Part shown: piece by piece, positions 41,801 through 48,672 of the stretch
How the letters are laid out: each line of letters starts with the position of its first letter
Position numbering within the stretch: the stretch's first letter is position 1
DNA from: Pseudooceanicola sp.
Lineage (GTDB): Bacteria > Pseudomonadota > Alphaproteobacteria > Rhodobacterales > Rhodobacteraceae
Assembly (NCBI GenBank): GCA_050633485.1
Contig: JBOEGP010000026.1
Location: 39,747-103,746, forward strand
Direction of reading: 5' to 3'
DNA: 64,000 nucleotides
Made by a program: the position numbers and the translations under genes
Notes under the pieces: generated by a model
Told to the model about the DNA's origin: nothing
Seen by the model: the letters and a program-made list of their open reading frames with translations, nothing else
Database searches by the model: none

Positions 41801-42639
41801 AGGCGCACGGTTGCGAACGCCTCGATCCGGTGATCGACCATCAGGTGGAACAGCCCGGCATACCACGGCGCAACCGTGACCCGATGACGGATCATCACAT
41901 CGGCCACATCATCCAAAGATGGCGGAGCGGCCTCAACCACCGCGACAGCCGCACCGCTCAGCAACGGGACAAGCGTTTCGTACAGCGCGCCGTCACAGGC
42001 AATTGTCGCGGCGTGCAGGGTGACATCGCCCGGTGCCATCGCGATTTCGGGTTGGCCAAGCGCCATGAGCGTGATCGCGCGATGCGGGATCACCACCCCC
42101 TTGGGCCGCCCTGTCGTGCCCGAGGTGTAAAGAACACACGCCGGGTCACTGCCGCCCCGTTCGGGCCAATGGTCATCGCCAGTGCCCGTCAAAACGGCGG
42201 CATCCGCTGTCAGGTCAACCTCGATCGGGTCGCCGCAATGGCCCACACAGGCCCTTGCCGCGCCGGAGTGACCAGCCGCGCAAACCACCGCGCGGAAGGG
42301 AATATCGTTGGCGATGAAATCCAATTGTTCCGGGGCAAAACCGGGGTCCAGCGGCACAAAAACCGCCCCCGCCCGCAGACAGGCCAGCATGGCGATGATG
42401 GCCTCGGACGACCGGCTGGCGAATAGCGCGACGTGATCCCCCGGCGCGACGCCGCTGTCCAGCAATTGATGGGCCAGCTCGGCGCTCAGACGCGAAACAC
42501 GTGCATAATCCAGGCTGTGGTCACGCCCCAGGATCGCGGCGGACTCGGGCATGTGCGACGCGACAGCATCAAATGCCGCGACAATGCCGATGTCCCGATC
42601 AAAAGACAGTTTTGGACCTGCGCCAGTCAAATGCCACAA
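32803..42639 (-). CDS. Hybrid NRPS-PKS: A-T-KS-AT-ACP-AmT-C-A(Gly)-T (3278 aa)
   Basis: YTSGTTGRPKG; LGGTSL; KS TACSTS/HGTAT/IGHLD; AT GHSVG and HAFHS; LGFDSL; class III aminotransferase DEVVTGFR/YGKVVGGG; HHIVADG; FTSGSTGTPKG; LGVDSL. TTG start uncertain (42639 or 42630). Confidence 0.96.
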   Translation of the reverse strand: MWHLTGAGPKLSFDRDIGIVAAFDAVASHMPESAAILGRDHSLDYARVSRLSAELAHQLLDSGVAPGDHVALFASRSSEAIIAMLACLRAGAVFVPLDPGFAPEQLDFIANDIPFRAVVCAAGHSGAARACVGHCGDPIEVDLTADAAVLTGTGDDHWPERGGSDPACVLYTSGTTGRPKGVVIPHRAITLMALGQPEIAMAPGDVTLHAATIACDGALYETLVPLLSGAAVAVVEAAPPSLDDVADVMIRHRVTVAPWYAGLFHLMVDHRIEAFATVRLCNPGGDVMSVAAAQTLLKAWPDLRLINGYGPTETCVQSIVHEVSLADLGDGPIPIGHPLAHETVLLLDDDLHPVDPGQAGQLAIGGLALACEYYNRADLTDRAFVADPRKDHDGRLYLTGDLARQRADGNFEFLGRVDRQVKLAGRRVEIDGVEHVLRALPDVAQAVVELQDEPGRAKSLVAFVVPQTPVADRAAFVASLRSASAHDLSAEVFPRTVEICDAFPLTQAGKVDRKALRAGLAEAGLPATEDTGRDVQTTIAGVWQSVLGGAAASANDTFFDLGGTSLQLIEAHALIESALGLRFDVTLMFDVPRLGDLSARLSAMLAVEKGGSGQGAFDPGGAAAAISGGALDGAIAIVGMAARLPGADTLDDFWDILRQGRSTITRFDPAQAEDAFDAATRAGANYVPARSILSDVDMFDAKFFDMRPREAALTDPQGRIFLEVCQQALDDAGIDPARSTGGIGVYAGGSMSTYLLEHLITDRATARAFTTGFQLDYSLLSGNDSDGIATRVAYKLGLTGPAIAINTACSTSLVAIAQACKALRSGEAEAILAGGVSVTFPQKRGYLYMESGMASPDGQCRPFDADAGGTVFGHGAGVVVLKRLSDAVAAGDRIRAVIRGVGLNNDGAAKMSYTAPSVSGQAQAIAMAHRDAGIDADSIGYMECHGTATPLGDPIEIAGLKQAFGGADGRCALGSVKGNIGHLDAAAGVVSVIKAAMALERHEIPPVAHFRALNPRIALDGSPFWVPTEPTDWTADGPRRAGVSSFGVGGTNAHAVLEEAPARPAATPSTTQTGFAHLPMSAKSPEALQQMASDLADHLDTHPDLPLADVARTLQQGRRVFDWRASVAADNRQAAVAQLRTVKPAKTPVGDGHADIVFLFPGQGAQYPGMGSGLYASEPVYRKWIDKGADILTPIMGRDMRRLILAQDLSKDEAAAALRETWITQPALFLTEFATAKLWQSRGITPDACIGHSVGEFAAAALNGVMSFQDALTLIAKRGRLMQDQPGGAMVSVRAPLDVLMPYLTTDTDLAATNAPKLQVVAGPFDAIERLEAALAAADIPHQRLHTSHAFHSAMMDPVADDLATAAAQISLHAPSRPIISAVTGAELTDDEARDPSYWAAQARACVNFQAALEAVVRTKSPVFVEVGPGRTLSAFAAQALDRGSHRGVFQSLPDHARSVSDEHSMAATASDLWSVGVDVNWTQLGQNGHRKATLPSYPFQRQRHWVDAPQVGPTDAANPAPNGPMPQLEERPVMPVPAPQTVDRLARLIPELSDLLAEMSGEDIGADDVDQPFLELGFDSLFMGQVSQAIARSYGVEIGFRRLLDDISTVTLLAGFLDDAMPADPEPVAVPAAAPVAGNAAPSEFAAAAVPAAPVSAAAPAGLEGVVQAQLQAMQALFAQQLQAFGNSGAQSQPQAVVPVSPASPAPVAQPAPAKAAPAAAETAEKPAGFKFGRGPSVTGGSLTDAQIEFARDLAAQYSAKHAKSKAYTTEFRDVLADPRTAAGFREEWKELTFPIVADRSKGAYIHDLDGNDLVDLVNGFGQTAFGHSPDFVITAVNQQMERGFPIGPQADTAGPVARKFADFVGHERVTFCNTGSEAVMAAMRVARTVTGRDLIVVFDKDYHGQFDEVLVKGKTRGGGDPNALPIAPGIPRSGLTNMKVLPYGAPESAEWIRANAADIAAVIVEPVQSRHPAHRPKAFVQTLRDITRDSGAALVIDEVVTGFRTDRRGMQGVWGIQGDMATYGKVVGGGMPIGVLAGDARFMDALDGGTWQFGDDSQPEAVPTFFAGTFVRHPLVLAAVDATLDHMIAQGDDLWVAAAERTAALAKTLSGMMTKRGLPDLIEVYSSWFVINTTEADPRATLLYPLMRMAGVHVMDGFCCFLTTEHGQAECDKVIAAFETALDALLSVGILSELQGGVVSDAPGPIGQTGQAGQKVIGDAGQTNIPLTEGQKEIWMSHQMGGAASAAFNESGSLELNGMLDKGALQTAWSALIARHDSLRLKFARDGSAFDVTPPQADVFATRDLSASPDAQADLAELIADDAAHPFDLTTEPPIRATLVCLGDTAHVLVMTAHHIVADGWSFGVMLDDLAAFYSAEVSGEPANLPAAPSFAAHALDQAAGGANGDALAFWRSTYADLPALPDMPTDRPRPARRSHAGGTVFHQIGPELIKDLRKMGAKQGCTLFATGFAAMQTLVHRLSGAHDVVLGVPTAAQQDMANPDLVGHCVNFLPVRAPIARGASVIDHLGTVRDHLRAAFDNQDTTFGAIVHALDVPRQINRLPLTEIEFNLEKDTPLLPMQGLGTRFRPNPKVAVNFDLFFNMAESSDGLRIEAHYNADLFDAPTIAGWTRAFEVVLTEMANAPDQPVETLPLLSAGDRAAINDAAGGIARDYDRTATLPDLVAAMVDAHPDSVAVEDAEGQTTYRALGDQSDALAALIQSRVPGKGARVALCLPRGAQMLAGMLAILKAGHTYVPLDPRQPAARLRQIAETAEVAAVLTDTAETADFATDTGLELILTGAAVPGATPNAPRVSPEDAAYVIFTSGSTGTPKGVAVPHRAVVNFLTSMADEPGLGADDTLLAVTTVMFDIAVLELFLPLTVGGRVVIATTEDVIDGFKLVERLGAGDINAMQATPTLWDMVLTAGFTPPKGFLMLCGGEPLPGDLAERLIATGGELWNMYGPTETTIWSAVKRIDADAAITIGHPIANTDLHILDDAGQVAPTGVVGELNIGGDGLALGYYNRSDLTDAAFRDVDLNGTKRRLYATGDLARRRTDGEIEVLGRIDTQVKLRGFRIELGEIETRLRAAPGVAKAAVDLRARGTGDRQLVGYVVAQDGAEIVTDTLATALAADLPDYMIPRAWVVLSALPQTGNGKLDRKALPDPAETASVTPLHKITAPETDTERQIAAIWQQVLGMDAISVTDTLFTLGVDSLAVFRIAAQMLNAGLNLEARDMFAHPSIRALAAFHDGRDAGGSTPARPSLKDFRNGARRTTGGGAT

Positions 42640-43148
42640 AGCTCCTGTTCGTCACGCGGCGCGCTTGTCACAGCGGACCCGGATGCGCGACATAAAATGC
42701 GACGACAAAATTACGTTGAATGGGCGGGAAATCTGCCCGCCGAACTGATGAACAAATCAAAGAAACTTAATATTGAAGTTTAAGTCAAAAACTTCCCACG
42801 CGCAAATTGATGTGTGACATCCCAAACCTGACGTAACTGCCTGCAAAACATCATTTTCTGACCAAACGGGTGTTTTTTCGGCAGCGGCCGGATTTGCGGC
42901 CAACTGCGTCCGGGGCACGGACAATCCAAGGGTTTCCGCGGCATTGATGAACGCAGCTATCGCAGAGGTTGTTTGCCGCCACCCGAATGTGGCCGCGCTG
43001 GCGATTCGCCTGTCCTAGACGGATTGTAGGGTAAGTGCACCGCTTTTGTGAGCAAGAACACCGCTCATGGGACTGGGCATAATTTAATTTTAGGCGATAA
43101 AATACAGATGGTTACAACCCAAAGCGAATGCTTGCAGGGTGGTTGCAA

Positions 43149-43952
43149 TCAGTCGCCGCGCTCATCAGACCGGGTTAACAGAAACCCCCAGCTTTCGCTG
43201 CGCCCATGCCACGGGTGGGTTGCAATGACATGTCCCAAATCCGGGATCTCCCATTGATCGACGATGTTGTACCCGGTCTTGGACACCTCGTTCATCCAAT
43301 CGCCGCGACAGCGGATTTGGTACGGCACCCGCGCCCGCCCGATCCGTTCCACGGTAAAGATTCCAGGCCCGTCGCGCAGGGCGACCTTGTTCAACAAGAT
43401 ATGCTTGGGACGTTGCGGCAGGGCATCGACAAACGCACCAAACGGCACATCCAGATACTGCAACAACCCCGACGCAATCACGATATCCGCTTTGGGTAAT
43501 GCATTGGTATCGGACACAAATTTGATTTCCTTGGGAACGTCGCCAGCAATCTGTCTGTCCCGTGCCGCGCGCACGATGCCAGGAAGGTCATAAACCGTCC
43601 ACGCCACCTTGCGCAGGTCCAGAACATCCGAAAAAGCGATGAACTTGGTGCCCATGTGCCCGCCAGCGTCGATCACAACATTGTCATCGCCAAGCAGGCG
43701 TTCAAGCCAGAAAATCAGCGGATAATCCCACGACATGCGGTCGCACATCTGCACGAATGACACGTCGGCGACGGATTCGTCATCGTACCCGGCCTGTTTG
43801 CTTTTCGGCAGGGCCGCCAACGCCATTTCGCGGCTGTCATAGGCACCACAAAATCGTGGGGCGCGTTCGGTTTTTGCCCGGCCCCGCGCCACGGCGGCGC
43901 TGGCCAGTTGCGCGGTGGTCTTAAGTGCGCGGCGCATACCCTTGGCGGCCAT
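43149..43952 (-). CDS. SAM-dependent methyltransferase (TIGR04325-like)
   Basis: DYPLIFWL, VIDAGGHMG, ASGLLQY; TGATG overlap with wzx. Confidence 0.8.
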   Translation of the reverse strand: MAAKGMRRALKTTAQLASAAVARGRAKTERAPRFCGAYDSREMALAALPKSKQAGYDDESVADVSFVQMCDRMSWDYPLIFWLERLLGDDNVVIDAGGHMGTKFIAFSDVLDLRKVAWTVYDLPGIVRAARDRQIAGDVPKEIKFVSDTNALPKADIVIASGLLQYLDVPFGAFVDALPQRPKHILLNKVALRDGPGIFTVERIGRARVPYQIRCRGDWMNEVSKTGYNIVDQWEIPDLGHVIATHPWHGRSESWGFLLTRSDERGD

Positions 43953-45442
43953 CACGACACCCCCCCGCCACCCAAGGCCGATCGCATCTGATGCCAAAAC
44001 CCACGGTCAAAAACCATGATCGCCCCCGCATAAACGATGACTGCAACCACGCCAAACCCAAGGGCCTGAACCAGATCAGGAATTCCGTGCCCTTCGGAAA
44101 AATAATCCAGGCCGATCAAAACGCCGACACCGCACAGCATCGGAACAACCGTACCACGCAGATCCGCCGCCACGGCCGACCATTTGATCCCGGCATATTT
44201 GTGAAACAGCCAAAGCGTCGCAAAGAACACCAACACCGCGATAACAAGCTGCGACCAGGCCACGGCATAAAGCCCGAATTGCACCGCAATGAATGTCAGC
44301 CCAAGCGACACCGCAAACACTGTGGCGGTAAAGGCAGGCAACCGCCGCGCTTCGCCCACCAAGGACATCAGCGGTTCGGTGACGATGCCGATCAGGAACA
44401 ACAATCGGCTGCCCGCAAGGATCGCAACCAACGGCGCGGCAGGAAGCCATTGCGCGCTGAGCAAGCCGTTGATCACCTCGTCGCTCATCACCATCAGCCA
44501 CAACAGGACCGGGGCACCGGCGCTGATCAGGATCTTCATGTACTGGCGCATCTGCAGGTTGATCCGGGCCACCTGCCCTTCGATGTCTCCGTTGTCGCGC
44601 GCCTTGCGAAACTGTGTCCATGCCAACAACTGACCGGGGACGGCGATGATTTCAGCCGCCGCACTGACCAGCCGATCGGCGGCGCGGAAATACCCGACGG
44701 CGGCTGGCCCAAGATACCCGCCAATGATGAACGTCGCCACGTAAAGACGAATGTGGATCAGCATACGACTGACGAACAATTGGGCTGAAAACACCCACAG
44801 GTCATTCAGAAGCTGCCCCTTTAGCCCCGGCAGAGGCGCCAACCGCGTGACCAGAAAGCTCATCACCAGATGTGTTGATTGAAACGCCAATCGCCCAAAG
44901 GCCAGCGCCAGAACGCCCATGCCCGACAGCAACGCCGTGACGGCCACGATCAGCCCGACAATCTCTCCCGAAATCTCGCAGATGGCCGAGGATTTCAGTT
45001 TCTGCTGCCAGATCATCACGCCCTTTTGGGCCGACGACACATTGGCCAACACCACCCAGACAGCAAAAAGCTGCATCAGCAATATCGTTCCCGGACCCAC
45101 GCCGAACGCGCCGCTGATCATCGCCGCGACGGCCCCCAGCACGCCGAATGCCACACCGCTTAGCATTGCGATGAACAACACCTGACGCGGAACAGTTGAA
45201 TCGCCCGACCACGACATGATGAACGGGGCCCAGCCCACTTCGGCCGCGCGCAACAAAAGGATCGCACAGGCCGACACCAACGCAAACACGCCGAATTCGG
45301 CCGGGCCAAGCACACGGGCGGCAACCACAAAGATCGTGAACTGCGCGATCTGCGAAATTATCCGTTCCGCCACGGTCAGGGCGGAATCCCCCAAAACCTT
45401 TCGGCCGGTGTTGGGACCTTTGGCCCCCAATTCAGACGTCAT
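43952..45442 (-). CDS. wzx: Oligosaccharide flippase
   Basis: ARVLGPAEFGVFAL, IIGGYLGPAAVGYF; about 12-14 TM segments. Confidence 0.92.
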   Translation of the reverse strand: MTSELGAKGPNTGRKVLGDSALTVAERIISQIAQFTIFVVAARVLGPAEFGVFALVSACAILLLRAAEVGWAPFIMSWSGDSTVPRQVLFIAMLSGVAFGVLGAVAAMISGAFGVGPGTILLMQLFAVWVVLANVSSAQKGVMIWQQKLKSSAICEISGEIVGLIVAVTALLSGMGVLALAFGRLAFQSTHLVMSFLVTRLAPLPGLKGQLLNDLWVFSAQLFVSRMLIHIRLYVATFIIGGYLGPAAVGYFRAADRLVSAAAEIIAVPGQLLAWTQFRKARDNGDIEGQVARINLQMRQYMKILISAGAPVLLWLMVMSDEVINGLLSAQWLPAAPLVAILAGSRLLFLIGIVTEPLMSLVGEARRLPAFTATVFAVSLGLTFIAVQFGLYAVAWSQLVIAVLVFFATLWLFHKYAGIKWSAVAADLRGTVVPMLCGVGVLIGLDYFSEGHGIPDLVQALGFGVVAVIVYAGAIMVFDRGFWHQMRSALGGGGVS

Positions 45443-45729
45443 GATAAATTCAGCCGCTTGGATCGTTGCAATGATGGCAGGATAGTGGCGGAACCGAAAT
45501 TCGAAAGGGCGGAATTTAGGTCATATTGTGGCGGCGATTTCCATTTTGGAAACACAGCGTTTCAGCATCCCACCCCAAAACCCGCAAAACATAGGGCATT
45601 GTTTCCAGCCACCGAACGCTGTGCGTCAAAAAGGGAAAAGCACTTCGCCAGCCTTTCAGATATGCTCACAAGTGGCATGATTCGGCACTGTAGTGGTGGG
45701 GGCGGAGTCCGGGGGGGCTTCGACATCTT

Positions 45730-46431
45730 TTGGCATTTCAAATTTTTTCTGATGGCGTTGACGCCATCCCTAATGACGCGACTATTTCCAGCGTCGACCT
45801 GACAACTCGGACTGCTTCGTCAGTCCCGTTGTCAAAAGCTGTCTTCGACAGGGCGTTTGCGGTTGTGGCATTTGTCACGCTTGGCCCCGTCTTGGCCATT
45901 GTTTCGCTTCTGATCCTTCTGCGCGAAGGTCGGCCAGTGTTCTTTGGACATGAACGGGTCGGGTTGAATGGCCGCACGTTCCGCTGTTGGAAGTTTCGCA
46001 CGATGGTGCGCGACGCGGACACGCGCCTGACCGAGGCATTGAAAGCAGATCCAGCGCTGCGCGCGGAATGGCACGCCACACGAAAGCTGACGAATGATCC
46101 ACGGATCAGCCCATTGGGGCATTTCCTGCGCAAGTCGAGCTTGGACGAACTGCCGCAATTCTGGAACGTTCTGATTGGGGACATGTCCATGGTCGGCCCC
46201 CGCCCCGTGGTGCGCGACGAAATGGCGTTCTATGGCAAGGCGAGCAAGCATTACTGTTCGGTCCGGCCGGGACTGACCGGCGCGTGGCAGGTCAGCGGGC
46301 GCAGCAACACAACCTATGATGAACGCGTGGCGCTGGATGTTGAATATGTCCAGAACGCATCCTTTTGGGGGGATGTTAAGATCGTGTTAAAGACGGTGCA
46401 TGTGGTTCTGGCCCAGACCGGCGCTCGTTGA
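45730..46431 (+). CDS. Undecaprenyl-phosphate priming sugar transferase (ExoY/WbaP-like, short form)
   Basis: KFRTM, DPRISPLG.FLRKSSLDELPQFWNVL.GDMSMVGPRP, RPGLTGAWQV. Confidence 0.95.
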   Translation: MAFQIFSDGVDAIPNDATISSVDLTTRTASSVPLSKAVFDRAFAVVAFVTLGPVLAIVSLLILLREGRPVFFGHERVGLNGRTFRCWKFRTMVRDADTRLTEALKADPALRAEWHATRKLTNDPRISPLGHFLRKSSLDELPQFWNVLIGDMSMVGPRPVVRDEMAFYGKASKHYCSVRPGLTGAWQVSGRSNTTYDERVALDVEYVQNASFWGDVKIVLKTVHVVLAQTGAR

Positions 46432-47366
46432 GATTTCTTATGGGCAATGACCACGCCTTGCGCGCCCCCGCGAACGATCAGCCCCTCACGCCGGTTGTTG
46501 TCGGGATCGCCACGACCGGACGCCCCGGCATCGTGTCGGAAACCGTGGCCCATCTTGGCGGGTTGCAGGACCGTCCAGACCGGGTGGTTATCTGTATCGC
46601 TGACCCTGACGATTTCGACCCATCCGCCCTGCCCGACCTGGCCTTTCCGCTGGACGTTCTGACATCCGCCAAAGGGCTGTGCGAACAGCGCAATACACTG
46701 CTGGACAATGTCGGTGATGCGTCGATCCTGTTGTTTCTGGACGATGATTTCCTGCTGGCCGAAGGATACGTCAGCGCGACCCGCAACAGGTTCGACACCA
46801 ATCAGGATGTGGTGATGACAACCGGTACGGTTCTGGCCGACGGCATCCTTGGGCCCGGCTATGATCATGAAACCGGTGTCGCATTCCTGGCCCAGGCCCA
46901 AGCCCCGCAAACAGCCGGCGCCGCAAGCGAGGTTTACAACGGCTATGGCTGCAACATGGCCGTGCGCACCGCAACGGTAGCCGCCCGCGGTTTGCGATTT
47001 GACACTGTGCTGCCGCGATACGGCTGGCTTGAGGACGTGGATTTTTCGCGCCGGCTTGCGCAATTCGGCAGGATTTTGAAATGCCCGGACATGATGGGCG
47101 TGCATCTGGGCACCAAGACCGGGCGATCGCGCGGCCTGCCATTGGGCTATTCCCAGATTGCCAACCCGGTATATATGATCCGCAAGGGCACCATGTCGCC
47201 GCGCCGCGCCCTGCGGCTGATGCTGCGCAATATGCTGGCCAATCTGGCCAAGGCGCTGCACCCGGAACCATGGGTTGATCGGCGCGGGCGTGTGCGGGGC
47301 AACCTGATCGCGCTTGGCGATCTGATCCGCGGCCGACTGTCCCCGCAACGGATACTGGAGCTATGA
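46428..47366 (+). CDS. Glycosyltransferase family 2
   Basis: GIATTGR, QRN, LFLDDD, GCNM, EDVDF. Confidence 0.88.
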   Translation: MRFLMGNDHALRAPANDQPLTPVVVGIATTGRPGIVSETVAHLGGLQDRPDRVVICIADPDDFDPSALPDLAFPLDVLTSAKGLCEQRNTLLDNVGDASILLFLDDDFLLAEGYVSATRNRFDTNQDVVMTTGTVLADGILGPGYDHETGVAFLAQAQAPQTAGAASEVYNGYGCNMAVRTATVAARGLRFDTVLPRYGWLEDVDFSRRLAQFGRILKCPDMMGVHLGTKTGRSRGLPLGYSQIANPVYMIRKGTMSPRRALRLMLRNMLANLAKALHPEPWVDRRGRVRGNLIALGDLIRGRLSPQRILEL

Positions 47367-48625
47367 GGATTCTGCCCGACGATTTCCCATCGAACCAGCG
47401 GCGTGCCCTGCCCCGTGTGGTGATCCTGAACGATTCCAGCGTTGCCAAGGGCGGCGCCACCGGGCTGGCCATCCTTTCGGCCAAGATGCTGCGCGCACGC
47501 GGACACGAAGTGACATTTGTGTCAGGCGACGCAGGCGACGATGGCACGCTTGCCGAATTGGGAATTCAGCTGGTGGCGATGGGGGGCAAGTTGTTGCTGG
47601 ACGACACACGCCTGAACGCCATGCGCAACGGCGTCTACAACACCCGGATCCGCGACCGTCTTGCCCGCGATATCAAGGCGCACGACACCGAAGACACCAT
47701 TTATCACCTGCATGGATGGTCGCGTGTCTTGTCGCCCTCGGTGTTTGATGCGCTGAAACCGGTGGCAAAGCGCACATTTATTCACGCCCACGACTTTTTC
47801 CTGGCCTGCCCGAACGGTGTCTATTTTGATTACCGTCGCAAGGCGCCCTGCACCCGCACACCGTTGTCAGCCGGATGCCTTGCCACCAATTGCGACAAAC
47901 GGGCCTTTCATCACAAAGTGTGGCGTTCGATGCGCCACGGGGCGCTGAAACGCACCTTTGACACGCGCCTGCCCTGGGCGGGTGTGATGATGCTGCACGC
48001 TGGCATGACCGAAGGGTTGGAACGCGCGGGCATTCCGAAATCGCTTTTGCGTGTCGTGCGCAACCCGGCGACCCCCCTTAGCCAAACACGGATCAAGGCG
48101 GAACAGAACCAGCGCATCTGTTATGTTGGCCGTCTTGAGGTTGGCAAAGGCGTGGCCACGTTATGTGCCGCCGCCCAAGCTGCGGGCGTGGGCCTGCGCG
48201 TGATCGGGGACGGTACGGCCCGCGCCAAGCTGGCCGAGGCATACCCAGATGTCGAATTCACCGGATGGGTTGATCACGCTGACATCGCAAGCCGGCTGCG
48301 CGATGTGCGCGCATTGGTGATGCCATCGCGGTTTCCCGAACCGTTCGGACTGGTCGCGGCCGAGGCATCGTTAAGCGGCCTGCCGGTGATCATGTCGGAC
48401 CTGTCCCTATTGGCCCACGACCTGACGCAAAAGAACCTTGGGTTCCTTGCCGATACCAGTTCATCAGCCGCCCTGGCCGACGCCATTGCAAAATTCAACG
48501 CACTGCCCGACAGCGACATCCGCGCAATCAGCGAACGCGGGTTTGCGCGTCAGGATGCCCTGGCCCAGGAACCTGACGCCTGGATCGCGGAATTGGTCGG
48601 CCATTATGAAAACGCCATTGCCTGA
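47363..48625 (+). CDS. Glycosyltransferase family 4
   Basis: HDFFLACP, YVGRLEVGKG, EPFGLVAAEA. Confidence 0.92.
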   Translation: MRILPDDFPSNQRRALPRVVILNDSSVAKGGATGLAILSAKMLRARGHEVTFVSGDAGDDGTLAELGIQLVAMGGKLLLDDTRLNAMRNGVYNTRIRDRLARDIKAHDTEDTIYHLHGWSRVLSPSVFDALKPVAKRTFIHAHDFFLACPNGVYFDYRRKAPCTRTPLSAGCLATNCDKRAFHHKVWRSMRHGALKRTFDTRLPWAGVMMLHAGMTEGLERAGIPKSLLRVVRNPATPLSQTRIKAEQNQRICYVGRLEVGKGVATLCAAAQAAGVGLRVIGDGTARAKLAEAYPDVEFTGWVDHADIASRLRDVRALVMPSRFPEPFGLVAAEASLSGLPVIMSDLSLLAHDLTQKNLGFLADTSSSAALADAIAKFNALPDSDIRAISERGFARQDALAQEPDAWIAELVGHYENAIA

Positions 48626-48672
48626 CCGATGATGCATGACCTGATCACACGTGATTTCGCGGCGCCGCGCCC

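Noticed and set aside
31784-42426. Long plus-strand ORFs (e.g. 32734-34101, 34126-35712, 38584-39999) opposite the NRPS-PKS
   Set aside because: Antisense shadows expected in high-GC coding DNA; no motifs, Arg/Gly-biased composition
30029-42639. Siderophore or classical antibiotic cluster interpretation
   Set aside because: No TonB receptor, chelator-biosynthesis, efflux or resistance genes in the locus; the iron permease at 60 kb is distant and in a housekeeping context. Not formally excluded
42767-42783. CtrA box upstream of the NRPS-PKS
   Set aside because: TTAA half-sites are 9 bp apart rather than 7; kept only as a generic inverted repeat
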